Shown here piece after piece: positions 8,220-16,414 of a stretch of DNA of 16,898 bases (positions are counted from its first letter, which is position 1; each line of letters begins with the position of its first letter). Source of the DNA: an uncultured Deinococcales bacterium (GTDB lineage: Bacteria > Deinococcota > Deinococci > Deinococcales > JAAFIG01); assembly GCA_964244895.1 (NCBI GenBank), contig CAXTKV010000112.1:1-16898 (forward strand), in the 5' to 3' direction. The notes beneath the pieces are model-generated. The model had not been told where the DNA came from. It ran no database searches and saw nothing but the letters and a program-made list of their open reading frames with translations. Both the position numbers and the translations under genes were made by a program.

Positions 8220-8348
8220 ATGCGAAAACGCCACATCGTTGCGCTGCTGTTGCTGGTCACGATCCTGCTGTCTTGCGGGCCGACACCGAACCCATCGCAG
8301 AGCGGCATCTGGGATCAGTCGAACTTTGAAACCGCCACCTGGAACTAA
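8220..8348 (+). CDS. 42-aa small lipoprotein with C-terminal W-x4-F-x4-W motif
   Basis: Strong RBS AAGGAGG at 8208-8214, basic N-region MRKRH, hydrophobic core and lipobox LLSC. Mature part is CGPTPNPSQSGIWDQSNFETATWN. Confidence 0.8.
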   Translation: MRKRHIVALLLLVTILLSCGPTPNPSQSGIWDQSNFETATWN

Positions 8349-8361
8349 CAAGGAGAACACC

Positions 8362-9750
8362 ATGAACAAGGCAAAGGACATCAGAAACATCGCCCTGGGC
8401 GCGGTCGTCGCGGCTTCCGGGCTGTCCGCGCTGGCCGCCGTCAACCTGACCAGCTTTTCACCCGGCACGCCGATCAAATCATCGGAAGTCAACGCGAATT
8501 TCTCGAGTTTGAAAGCCAATATTGAAGCGCTCCAGGCTCCGGGCAGCGTGGACGCGACCAGACTGGCCGTCAGTGGATCGCTGGACGACGGCAAGGTGCT
8601 GAAACTTTCGGGTGGCAAACTGACCTGGGGTGATGATCTGGTCGGCACGGGCGGCGGCACGTTCACCGCCGACGGCACGAGCCTGGCGCTGTCCGGCACG
8701 ACCTTTTCCGTCAAGGACGCTGGCGTGAGCACGAGCAAGCTGGCCGATGGGGCGGTCACGGCGGCGAAGTTGTCCTTCCCGTTCAGCGCCAGCGGGAACT
8801 TCGGGTTCACCGGTTTGTTCGTCACCAACACCACCGCGTCCGGCGGAGCAATCGCGCTGGCCGGTCGGAGCGGCAGCGGTGCCGGTCTGAACATCACCAC
8901 CCCGGTCGGGGTGCTCGGCGAGAGCCAGAGCGGGATCGGTGTCGTTGGAGGCAGCGCGAGTTCCATCGGCGTTCAGGGCAACAGCCAGAGTTCCGTGGCG
9001 GTTCGCGGGCAGGGCCACGGCGGCGCTGGCCTCAGCATCAGCGGTCCCGTCGGCGTGCTGGGCGAAAGCGATACCGGCATCGGCATCATCGGGGCGTCGT
9101 CGGGTTCGATCGGCATTCTGGGCCGGAGCGCCTCGCGCGGCATCGTCGGCACGCAGGGCAGCTTGGCGCTCAGTTGCGGCGGAACCTACGCCGTGGGCGG
9201 TTGCGCCGAATCCTCCGGGATCGGCACGCTCGGCAGAAGCATCTCGGGCTACGGCGTGTACGGCGAGAGCACCAACAACAACGCCGTCTACGGCGTGACC
9301 AGCGGCTCGAACGCGAACGCCACCGCCGTGGCCGGAACCAGCGTCAGCGGTTACGCCGCGTACTTCGAGGCTGGCAACGGATCGGGCGGTTTCGCGACCT
9401 GCACCTTCCACGCGGGCACGACCAACTGGTCGTGCTCCTCGGATCGGAATCTGAAAAACAACTTCAAGCCCGTCAACACCGCTCGCGTGCTCGAGGCCGT
9501 GGCACAGATGCCCGTCACGACCTGGAGCATGAGGGGAAGCGCGATTCGGCAGATGGGGCCGACCGCTCAGGATTTCTACGCGGCCTTCAAGCTGGGCACC
9601 AGCGACAAGAGCATCAACAACACCGACGTGCAGGGCGTGGCGCTGGCCGCGATCAAAGGCATGTACGAGAAGAACCGGGCGCTCGAGAACCAGGTCAGGA
9701 CGCTCAGTGCGCGTCTCGCAGCGCTCGAGAAGGCGGTGAGCTCGAGGTAA
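8362..9750 (+). CDS. Secreted phage-tail-fibre-like protein with C-terminal Peptidase_S74 intramolecular chaperone (462 aa)
   Basis: RBS AAGGAG at 8350-8355 and a Sec-type signal peptide. Domains: FSPGTPIKSSEVNANF N-domain, GVSTSKLADGAVTAAKL stalk repeats, Gly-rich GVxGxS repeats, SDRNLKNNF...QMGPTAQDF (S74 motif) and a terminal coiled coil. Confidence 0.85.
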   Translation: MNKAKDIRNIALGAVVAASGLSALAAVNLTSFSPGTPIKSSEVNANFSSLKANIEALQAPGSVDATRLAVSGSLDDGKVLKLSGGKLTWGDDLVGTGGGTFTADGTSLALSGTTFSVKDAGVSTSKLADGAVTAAKLSFPFSASGNFGFTGLFVTNTTASGGAIALAGRSGSGAGLNITTPVGVLGESQSGIGVVGGSASSIGVQGNSQSSVAVRGQGHGGAGLSISGPVGVLGESDTGIGIIGASSGSIGILGRSASRGIVGTQGSLALSCGGTYAVGGCAESSGIGTLGRSISGYGVYGESTNNNAVYGVTSGSNANATAVAGTSVSGYAAYFEAGNGSGGFATCTFHAGTTNWSCSSDRNLKNNFKPVNTARVLEAVAQMPVTTWSMRGSAIRQMGPTAQDFYAAFKLGTSDKSINNTDVQGVALAAIKGMYEKNRALENQVRTLSARLAALEKAVSSR

Positions 9751-9771
9751 ATTCGTTAGCCCGTACCAGGA

Positions 9772-9825
9772 ACACCGTCCAGCACAGCATTCTCTGCAGT
9801 TAAGAATTTGCGTGCTGGACAGTAC
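9772..9825. repeat. Intergenic inverted-repeat element, 54-bp class
   Basis: ACACCGTCCAGCACAGCATTCTC...AAGAATTTGCGTGCTGGACAGTAC aligns without gaps to the 12126 copy in the same orientation. Confidence 0.85.
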
Positions 9826-10054
9826 CCTCAGGATCGCACCTTCGAGCTGTCTCAGAGCGGCAGCGAGGATCAATCGAACTTCGAGCGCACCGACTGGAAC
9901 TGCCGCAACGATTGCGGAGCGACCACGCGTTCTCGAGCCTGAAGTCGTGAAAGAGAAACCGTGTCGAGCCACGCCACCGCGATCAAGCCCGTGTTCCTCC
10001 AGTCGTGAACAAACCATCCATCCAGGCGGGAATGCAGCATATCGGAGGTCATTC

Positions 10055-10582
10055 ATGAAGAAAGGTCTTTACTCGATGGTCGCTTCACTCGGATTCACCG
10101 CGCTTCTATTCGTGTCGTTTACCTCGACGACCAAAGCGCAGGTCGATAAATCGCGGGGAACCAACTGGAACAACGCCTCCGCCCAGTTTCGCTACATTGA
10201 AGATGCAATTGGTACGGGGAATCGCCAAGAACTCACCAACAGGCTCAACGAGTTGAAAGACAATCTGGTTTACGTGGTCGACCAGCTTCAGCACACCGGA
10301 GATCGCTTGCACGAGAAAGATCGCCAGTGGCGATGGCAGGAGCTGAGGGATACGGCAGTGACGAAGGTCAGGCAAACCACCGTGATCGCTGGCGTGTTTT
10401 CGACGGAAGTCAACGGAGCGGATAACGCAACCATCGCCAAAGATTACAACGACCTCAAGAGCGCCTGGGGTGAAGCCATCGATAGCTCGAACGATCTCTG
10501 GAAAGAATATCTCGCTCACAAAAAACAGTTGGATGACATCATGAAAGCATTTCTCGAGGACTGTCAGGAGTGCGGCAAGTAA
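10055..10582 (+). CDS. Secreted, predicted alpha-helical hypothetical protein (175 aa) with C-terminal CxxC
   Basis: RBS GGAGGT at 10044-10049. MKKGLYSMVASLGFTALLFVSFTSTTKA is a signal peptide. Amphipathic helical pattern, ending DCQECGK. The upstream extension to 9812 in the ORF track is rejected. Confidence 0.8.
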   Translation: MKKGLYSMVASLGFTALLFVSFTSTTKAQVDKSRGTNWNNASAQFRYIEDAIGTGNRQELTNRLNELKDNLVYVVDQLQHTGDRLHEKDRQWRWQELRDTAVTKVRQTTVIAGVFSTEVNGADNATIAKDYNDLKSAWGEAIDSSNDLWKEYLAHKKQLDDIMKAFLEDCQECGK

Positions 10583-10712
10583 ACGGAATGGTTGGTTGAA
10601 AACCCGATGCGCTGCAACGCCTGAGAGATGGCCAGCCCTGCGGCGGTCAGGTGTTCCTGTCTGGCGCAATTCGGGCTCGGGGTGAACGCTCCAAGCAACT
10701 CGAGCCGTGCCG

Positions 10713-10756
10713 ACACCGTCCAGCACGCCATTCATGGGCTTCGTACTGGACGGTGT
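10713..10756. repeat. Intergenic inverted-repeat element, 44-bp class
   Basis: ACACCGTCCAGCACG-N14-CGTACTGGACGGTGT (14/15 paired). Confidence 0.9.
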
Positions 10757-10798
10757 TCTCGGGGGAATGCCGAACAAACGCCAGAAGCGCAATCCGGT

Positions 10799-10835
10799 TT
10801 TGACCAACTTTTGACCAGCAGCAAACGAATCTGAT
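10799..10835 (+). promoter_or_regulatory. Putative activator-dependent promoter: TTTGACCA direct repeats plus a -10-like element (copy 2)
   Basis: TTTGACCA at 10799-10806 and 10810-10817, then 8 nt, then CGAATCTGAT. Lies 60 nt upstream of the ATG at 10896. Confidence 0.7.
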
Positions 10836-10895
10836 TCGAGCACCGCACGCGAGGCTCGAGATCCCAAACTCGTTCCAGGTCGCAGGGAGGACAAC

Positions 10896-12110
10896 ATGAA
10901 CAAGAGGATGTCAATCGCCATTCAAGCCGCCGCGAGTGCAGGCGTTCTGGTGCTGGCGCTGGCGCACGCGCAGGGTGGCGCGGCGTTCCGCGCCATCAAA
11001 TTGCCCGGTGATAACGAACGCGTCACGGGCGCGTACTGCGCGTCGGCCAAAGCTTGCGTGATTTCCACCAACGTCTTCGGCGGAGCCGGGCACATCTACG
11101 CCACGGACGGCCAGAAGATCACGGGCGCGCTGGTCACGGGCGATAGCAAGTTCGCTGAAAAACTGGGAACCCTGGGCGAACTCAGCTTCGACGGTTTTTC
11201 AAAGGTCGGCAGTCGGTTGATCGCTCACGTCGAGGGCGCGGGCGGGTCTTTCGTCAGCGCCACCGGGGACATCACGCAGGCCGCGAGCTGGAGCGCCGTC
11301 AAGATCGGGACGGTCAGCGGCGATGGAACCTTCGGATTGAACCAGCAGATGGGCATCGGCACCAAAGATGACCGTTGGGTGCATTTCACGTTCAGGACGA
11401 TCTACGAAACCACCGACGCGCCTGAGCCCGGTGCGCTGTGGTCGCCGCTGTGGTCGCCGGTGTCGCCGTCCGTGCCCAGCAACTTCGAGAGCTTGCGAAA
11501 GGCAGACAAGACGCTCTGCGCTTCCGATCCGGGCGTCAGCATCACGCCCCGCTTGACCCAACCCGCTTACGTCGCGCCGGATCTGGCCGTGATTCTGTAC
11601 CCGTCGGGCGCGCGCAACCAGCGCGGTGACGACACGCCGGGCGTGTGCATTTCCACAGATGGCGGCAAGCGCTTCTACCACGTGGAATTCAAGGGCATCA
11701 ACGAGGATTACGGCCCTCTGGGTGTGACGTGCCTGAACTCGAGCAAGTGCTGGGCCTACGGCGGACTGGACAACGCGCCGGAATCCGCGTTCGTGTACTT
11801 CACGGCGGATGCGCAGAAGGGCGTGAATTCCACCTGGACGAAAGCCAAGCTGCCGAGCTTGCGCGAGGACACGAAGTTCCGCAGCATCGGCTTCGCACCG
11901 GACGGCGTGAACGGCTGGCTGGTCGGTTGGAGCGGCGGCAACGACACGCTGGTGTTCGCCAGCACCGACGGCGGCGCAAGCTGGAAGGACGCGACAGCGA
12001 GCGTCCGGGCGCTCGCACCGAACGCGAGGCTGCATTCGGTTTACGCCCTGGACGCGGCGCACGTCTGGATCGGCGGCGAGCAGAACGCGTTGCTGACGAT
12101 GGGCAACTGA
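10896..12110 (+). CDS. Secreted BNR/Asp-box repeat beta-propeller protein (Ycf48/sialidase-like fold)
   Basis: RBS GGGAGG, signal peptide ending AHA, Asp-boxes STDGGKRF and STDGGASW, blade motifs CASAKAC and CLNSSKCW, and LHSVYALDAAHVWIGG. Confidence 0.82.
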   Translation: MNKRMSIAIQAAASAGVLVLALAHAQGGAAFRAIKLPGDNERVTGAYCASAKACVISTNVFGGAGHIYATDGQKITGALVTGDSKFAEKLGTLGELSFDGFSKVGSRLIAHVEGAGGSFVSATGDITQAASWSAVKIGTVSGDGTFGLNQQMGIGTKDDRWVHFTFRTIYETTDAPEPGALWSPLWSPVSPSVPSNFESLRKADKTLCASDPGVSITPRLTQPAYVAPDLAVILYPSGARNQRGDDTPGVCISTDGGKRFYHVEFKGINEDYGPLGVTCLNSSKCWAYGGLDNAPESAFVYFTADAQKGVNSTWTKAKLPSLREDTKFRSIGFAPDGVNGWLVGWSGGNDTLVFASTDGGASWKDATASVRALAPNARLHSVYALDAAHVWIGGEQNALLTMGN

Positions 12111-12125
12111 GGCGGGTCAAAGAGA

Positions 12126-12179
12126 ACACCGTCCAGCACGGTGTTCTCGAGGGTCAAGAATTGGCGTGCCAGACGGTGT
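12126..12179. repeat. Intergenic inverted-repeat element, 54-bp class (best-conserved copy)
   Basis: Overlaps the perfect palindrome GAGAACACCGT-CCAGC-ACGGTGTTCTC (12122-12148) and carries the distal arm CGTGCCAGACGGTGT. Confidence 0.92.
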
Positions 12180-12220
12180 CCCAAAGAAACGCGCGCGCCA
12201 CGAATCACGACGGAGGAACC

Positions 12221-13885
12221 ATGAAGACCCGCAACCGTGCAGCCATGCTCGGGCTGATCGCCGCGCTGACGGCCTGTCCGCAAGCCCTCGGGCCGGACAC
12301 GACCTCGCCGACGATCCTCTCGAGCGCACCCTCCAGCGGCGCGACCGGCGTGGCGGCCAGCGCCAGCCTCTCGGTTCACTTCTCAGAACCGATGGACAAG
12401 GCCACCGTGACCGCCAGCTCGAGCCCCGCGATCAACCTGGGTGCGCCCGTCTGGAACGACGCGCAAACGGTGGTCTTCAGCCCATCCGCCTGGCAACTCG
12501 GCACGAACTACACCGTCAACCTGGACGGCAAAGACCTCGCCGGGGACGCGCTCGGTGGCGCGAAAACCATCAGCTTCCAGACCATCGCCACAGCCGACAC
12601 CACGCCACCCGCCACGCCCAACGGGATCAAGGCCACACCCGGCGACGCGGCCTTCGTGCTCGAGTGGAACGCCGACACGGAAACCGATCTGGAAGGCTAC
12701 ACGGTCTACTGGGGCACCAGCGCGAACGTCCTGACGAACGCGACCTTCATCGCCAAACCGACCACCATCGCCAGCATCAAGGGTCTCGAGAACGCCACGG
12801 CCTACTTTTACGCCGTGGATGCCGTGGACACCAGCGGCAACCATTCGGCCAAGTCGACCCCAGCCTCGGTCACGCCCGTAGACAAGACCGCGCCGAGCCT
12901 GACCTCGAGCGAACCCGCCGACGGCACGCTGGACATCGCGCTCGTGCCGAGCCTGCGCTTCAGCTTCTCGGAGCCGATGAACACGGCCTCGCTTGAGTTC
13001 GGCCTCTGCGTCAAGACCGACCCGCCAGCTTCGGCCACCTGCGATACGCCCTCGCTGGCGAGCTTCGGAACGCCGACCTGGAGCGAGAACGACACGCAAG
13101 TTCAATTCACGCCATCATCGGATTTCTTCAAGGGCGGCAAGACCTACGTGATCGTGCTGTTCGGCAAGGACAAGGCGGGCAACGCCCTTTCCGGCAGTGC
13201 GCGCATCGCCTTCGCCACGCGAGCCACGCCGGACACCACGCCGCCGACCGTGGTCAGCAGCAACGCGACCGTCACCGATCCGACCGCCAAGATCGCGCTG
13301 ACCTTTTCTGAACCGATGGATCAGACTTCCGTCCAGAACGCGTTCCTGAGCCAGCCACCAATCAGTTGCGCCTGGACGTGGTCGGGCAACACCGCGACCT
13401 GCTCCACCGGAGCGCTGATCCAGTCGACGCAGTACACCGTCACTATCGGCATCGGTGCGGCGGACACGGCCCAGAACCACTTGCAGGCCCCGAAGCAGGT
13501 GCAGTTCGCGACGCCCAACTTCGCGCCGCGAGTCACGAATTACGCGCCCAAACCGAGTCCCTTCGGCGGGGGATTCTCCCCACCGAACACCCCGATCACG
13601 CTGACCTTCTCCGAGGCGATGAACCAGCAGAGTCTGAACCAGGGCTTGATCGTCTACATCTACAAGGGTGCCAGCCAACTGATTGATCCACTCGGGGGAA
13701 CCCGAAGCTGGAACGCCGAGGGTACACAGGTCACGTTCACACCGACGACGCCTTACGGCAACGGCAAGACCATCGCCTGGATCGTCAACACCGGCGTCAC
13801 CGACGCGGGTGGAAAAGCGGTCGCCGCTCCCGTGAATGGGTCGTTCCAGACCGAACCCGTCAACCAGCTCGGAACCTCCCGATAG
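12221..13885 (+). CDS. Lipoprotein with four SbsA/Big_5-type Ig-like domains and one fibronectin type III domain (554 aa)
   Basis: RBS GGAGG and lipobox LTAC. Repeated DTTPP..P, FSEPM(D/N) (four times, including FSEAMN) and D.AGN.L. FN3 segment LEWNA..E.DLEGYTVYWG...GLENATAYFYAV.AVDTSGN.S. Confidence 0.9.
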   Translation: MKTRNRAAMLGLIAALTACPQALGPDTTSPTILSSAPSSGATGVAASASLSVHFSEPMDKATVTASSSPAINLGAPVWNDAQTVVFSPSAWQLGTNYTVNLDGKDLAGDALGGAKTISFQTIATADTTPPATPNGIKATPGDAAFVLEWNADTETDLEGYTVYWGTSANVLTNATFIAKPTTIASIKGLENATAYFYAVDAVDTSGNHSAKSTPASVTPVDKTAPSLTSSEPADGTLDIALVPSLRFSFSEPMNTASLEFGLCVKTDPPASATCDTPSLASFGTPTWSENDTQVQFTPSSDFFKGGKTYVIVLFGKDKAGNALSGSARIAFATRATPDTTPPTVVSSNATVTDPTAKIALTFSEPMDQTSVQNAFLSQPPISCAWTWSGNTATCSTGALIQSTQYTVTIGIGAADTAQNHLQAPKQVQFATPNFAPRVTNYAPKPSPFGGGFSPPNTPITLTFSEAMNQQSLNQGLIVYIYKGASQLIDPLGGTRSWNAEGTQVTFTPTTPYGNGKTIAWIVNTGVTDAGGKAVAAPVNGSFQTEPVNQLGTSR

Positions 13886-13949
13886 CGCTGACGCTGAGGT
13901 TGCGCTCCTCGAGTCCAGCCATCCCCGAAGTACCGAAGCGAGGTCAACC

Positions 13950-16088
13950 ATGTTCAACTCAAACCACCGCCGATTCTCGAGCCTGTTCCCGATGGTTCCC
14001 ATCGCAATCGCCGCCGCGATGCTCGCCGGTTGCGGACAATCGCCGACGACGACGCCGCCACCGCCACCGACCGTCGTGCGCGACGAGGCGAAGGTGCTGG
14101 ATGCCAGCGCCCGCACGGCGCTTCAAGAGGTCAAGCCGGACGGCACGCTGGTCTTCTCGAGCGCGGCGGGTGCGGCGGGATCTGGATCGGCTAAACGCCA
14201 AGCCGTCAACCCGAGCCAGCTCAAACCCGGCGACGTGATCGTCAGCGAACCGACCGCCGCCGCACCTTACGGTCTGCTGCGCAAGGTCACTGGAACAGCT
14301 CCGTCCGCCACGGGCACGACCGCCGTGACCACCACCCAAGCCAAGATCGGTGATGCCCTCAAATCCGGGCAGCTCACCGTCACGGATCGGGCGCTCACCG
14401 CTGCCGATCTCGCATCGGTCACGCCGCTCGCTCAGGGAACGATTCGGCGCACCGATGCCGGGCTGAACTATGCCCTCAACGTCGTGCTGCTCGACCAGGA
14501 CGGCAACAACGCCACCACCAACGATCAGATTCGCGCCGTCGGTTCGATCAACCTGACGCCCAAATTTGACTTCGACATGAGCCTCAATTGCGGTTTCTTG
14601 TGCATCTACGACGATGACCTCGATTTCCTCTTCAAACTGGGGCTTCAGGAGCAGGCCAAACTCCAGATCGTCGGCAAGGTCGCTTACAGCGCGAGCTTGG
14701 AGGTTTCGGTCTTGCGGCTCAACTTCAGCCCGATCACTTTCTTCGTCGGCCCAGTGCCAGTCGTGATCACGCCGAGGTTGACGCTCAAGGTCAAACTCGA
14801 CGGCAGCATCGGCGCGAACATCGACTTCCAGGCCACCCAGACCCTGACGGCCACGGCGGGGGTTCAATACACCAATGACTGGCACAACCTGTCCAGCATC
14901 ACCAACAGTTTTGACACTACCTCCGCAACAGCGGCGCTGACCATGAACGCCACGGCCAGCGCTCCCCTTCAGGCCGAATTTTTGCTCTACGGCGTGGTCG
15001 GCCCGACCATCGGGGTCACGCCGAAGCTGAACCTGGACGCCGCCGTACCGCGCGATCCGGTCTGGAAACTCAACGGTGGCGTCGCAGGCACGGTCGGCAT
15101 CAAGGTCGACGTGCTGGGCTACTCGAAGGAGTACTCGGCCACGATTTTCGACATCATGCGCCAGATCGATAGCGCCACCAACAGCCCGCCCTCGATCAAG
15201 TTCTTGTTCCCGGCAGCCAACGCCAATGTAGATGTCAACGTCTGCTGCACCTTCAGCGTTCAGGTCAGCGACCCTGAAGACGGCATCAGTTGCTGCACGG
15301 TCAGTTTCAACTCGAGCGTGGACGGCCCGCTGGGCACCGGAACCGGCAGCCAGCCGCAAGTCTCTAAGGTGTTGACCACGCTGGGTGCGCGCACGATCAC
15401 CGCCACCGCCACGGACTCCAAGGGCAAAACCGCCACCGCCAGCGTGACCGTCACTGCCGTCAACACCCCGCCGACCGTGGCGATCAGCGCACCGTTCGCG
15501 GGTCAGCAGTTGTTCCAGGGATTGGCGTACACGCTGCACGGCTCGAGCTACGATCTGAACGAAACGAACGCTGAACTGCCCTGCACCGGCCTGAAATGGA
15601 CGAGCAGCGTCGGCGCGGACGCGCAAAAAACGGGCTGCGACCCGCAGATCACGTTTGCCTCTCAGGGTACGCGCACGCTGACCCTGACCGGAACGGACGC
15701 GTTCGGAGCGACCGGAACGGCCACCGTCAACATCACCGTGCTGGCGCCGCCCGCCAACCTGCCGCCGGTGGTCAACGTCACCAGCCCGCAGAACAACATC
15801 TTCGTCGGGCCGACCAGCGTCGTCACGCTGACGGGCACGGCGACCGACCCGGAAGGCGGTGCGGTCACGCTCCAGTGGGACGTGACGCGCAATTACAACC
15901 CATCCAACCCGAACGCGGGAACACCAATCCCGATTGCGCTGCCCGCCAACAACACCTGGAAGCCGACCGATAGCTTCCCGGTCGGTTGCGAGACGAGCGA
16001 ACTGATCCGCTTGCGTTTGCGCGCCAAGGATGCTCAGAACAACGAGAATTTCGACTTCGTCGTGCTGCGCCTCTCATTCATCTGCTGA
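13950..16088 (+). CDS. Large lipoprotein: beta-rich N-terminal region plus three C-terminal Ig/PKD-like domains (712 aa)
   Basis: RBS GAGGT, lipobox LAGC and a Thr/Pro linker. Three N.PP.V.I..P modules with SDPEDG / TDPEGG and ITATATDSKG / LTLTGTDAFG. Confidence 0.85.
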   Translation: MFNSNHRRFSSLFPMVPIAIAAAMLAGCGQSPTTTPPPPPTVVRDEAKVLDASARTALQEVKPDGTLVFSSAAGAAGSGSAKRQAVNPSQLKPGDVIVSEPTAAAPYGLLRKVTGTAPSATGTTAVTTTQAKIGDALKSGQLTVTDRALTAADLASVTPLAQGTIRRTDAGLNYALNVVLLDQDGNNATTNDQIRAVGSINLTPKFDFDMSLNCGFLCIYDDDLDFLFKLGLQEQAKLQIVGKVAYSASLEVSVLRLNFSPITFFVGPVPVVITPRLTLKVKLDGSIGANIDFQATQTLTATAGVQYTNDWHNLSSITNSFDTTSATAALTMNATASAPLQAEFLLYGVVGPTIGVTPKLNLDAAVPRDPVWKLNGGVAGTVGIKVDVLGYSKEYSATIFDIMRQIDSATNSPPSIKFLFPAANANVDVNVCCTFSVQVSDPEDGISCCTVSFNSSVDGPLGTGTGSQPQVSKVLTTLGARTITATATDSKGKTATASVTVTAVNTPPTVAISAPFAGQQLFQGLAYTLHGSSYDLNETNAELPCTGLKWTSSVGADAQKTGCDPQITFASQGTRTLTLTGTDAFGATGTATVNITVLAPPANLPPVVNVTSPQNNIFVGPTSVVTLTGTATDPEGGAVTLQWDVTRNYNPSNPNAGTPIPIALPANNTWKPTDSFPVGCETSELIRLRLRAKDAQNNENFDFVVLRLSFIC

Positions 16089-16127
16089 CGGCTTCGATCG
16101 AGCGCAAAAAGATTCATGGCCGCGCAA

Positions 16128-16181
16128 ACACCGTCCAGCACGCGAATTTCTGATTCTCGAGAAGGCCGTGCTGGACGGTCT
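16128..16181. repeat. Intergenic inverted-repeat element, 54-bp class
   Basis: 43/54 identical to 7406-7459 without gaps (manual alignment). Confidence 0.9.
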
Positions 16182-16414
16182 CTCCGAAGCCTCTTCCAGA
16201 GTCACGAGGGCTCGAGGCATCGGCAATTCGAGGAGCTCGCCATCGACGTTCTGGAGCTGACAACGGAAGCCAAGGCCGAATTCAGCAGAAACCGACCCTC
16301 GGTCGTGATGATTCTCGAGCGCAGCGATGCGCACTGTAAGACATGGGGAACGCACTGCTGCTTCGAGGAGTCAGCGACCGTTCCTTGAACCCGCGTCAGA
16401 CAGGATGTGAAACC

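Noticed and set aside
8362..9750. Prophage remnant suggested by the tail-fibre/S74 gene
   Set aside because: The protein has a signal peptide and host-like codon usage, and there are no neighbouring phage structural, lysis or integrase genes.
8239..13949. Extended starts in the ORF track (8148, 8239, 9812, 11645, 13836; also 4532 and 16343)
   Set aside because: Downstream starts at 8220, 8362, 10055, 12221, 13950, 4583 and 16415 place the signal peptide or first domain at the N-terminus, and most have clear RBSs. The extensions overlap other genes, repeats or intergenic DNA.
3232..15626. Long minus-strand ORFs (3232-4596, 5472-7091, 8479-10056, 13115-14116, 13959-15626) and alternative-frame + ORFs
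   Set aside because: They are shadows of well-supported + strand genes in GC-rich DNA, with no recognisable motifs.
16330..16357. CGCACTG direct repeat (21-bp spacing) upstream of the DZR gene
   Set aside because: Only two 7-mers, not noticed at the other promoter regions, and compatible with chance.
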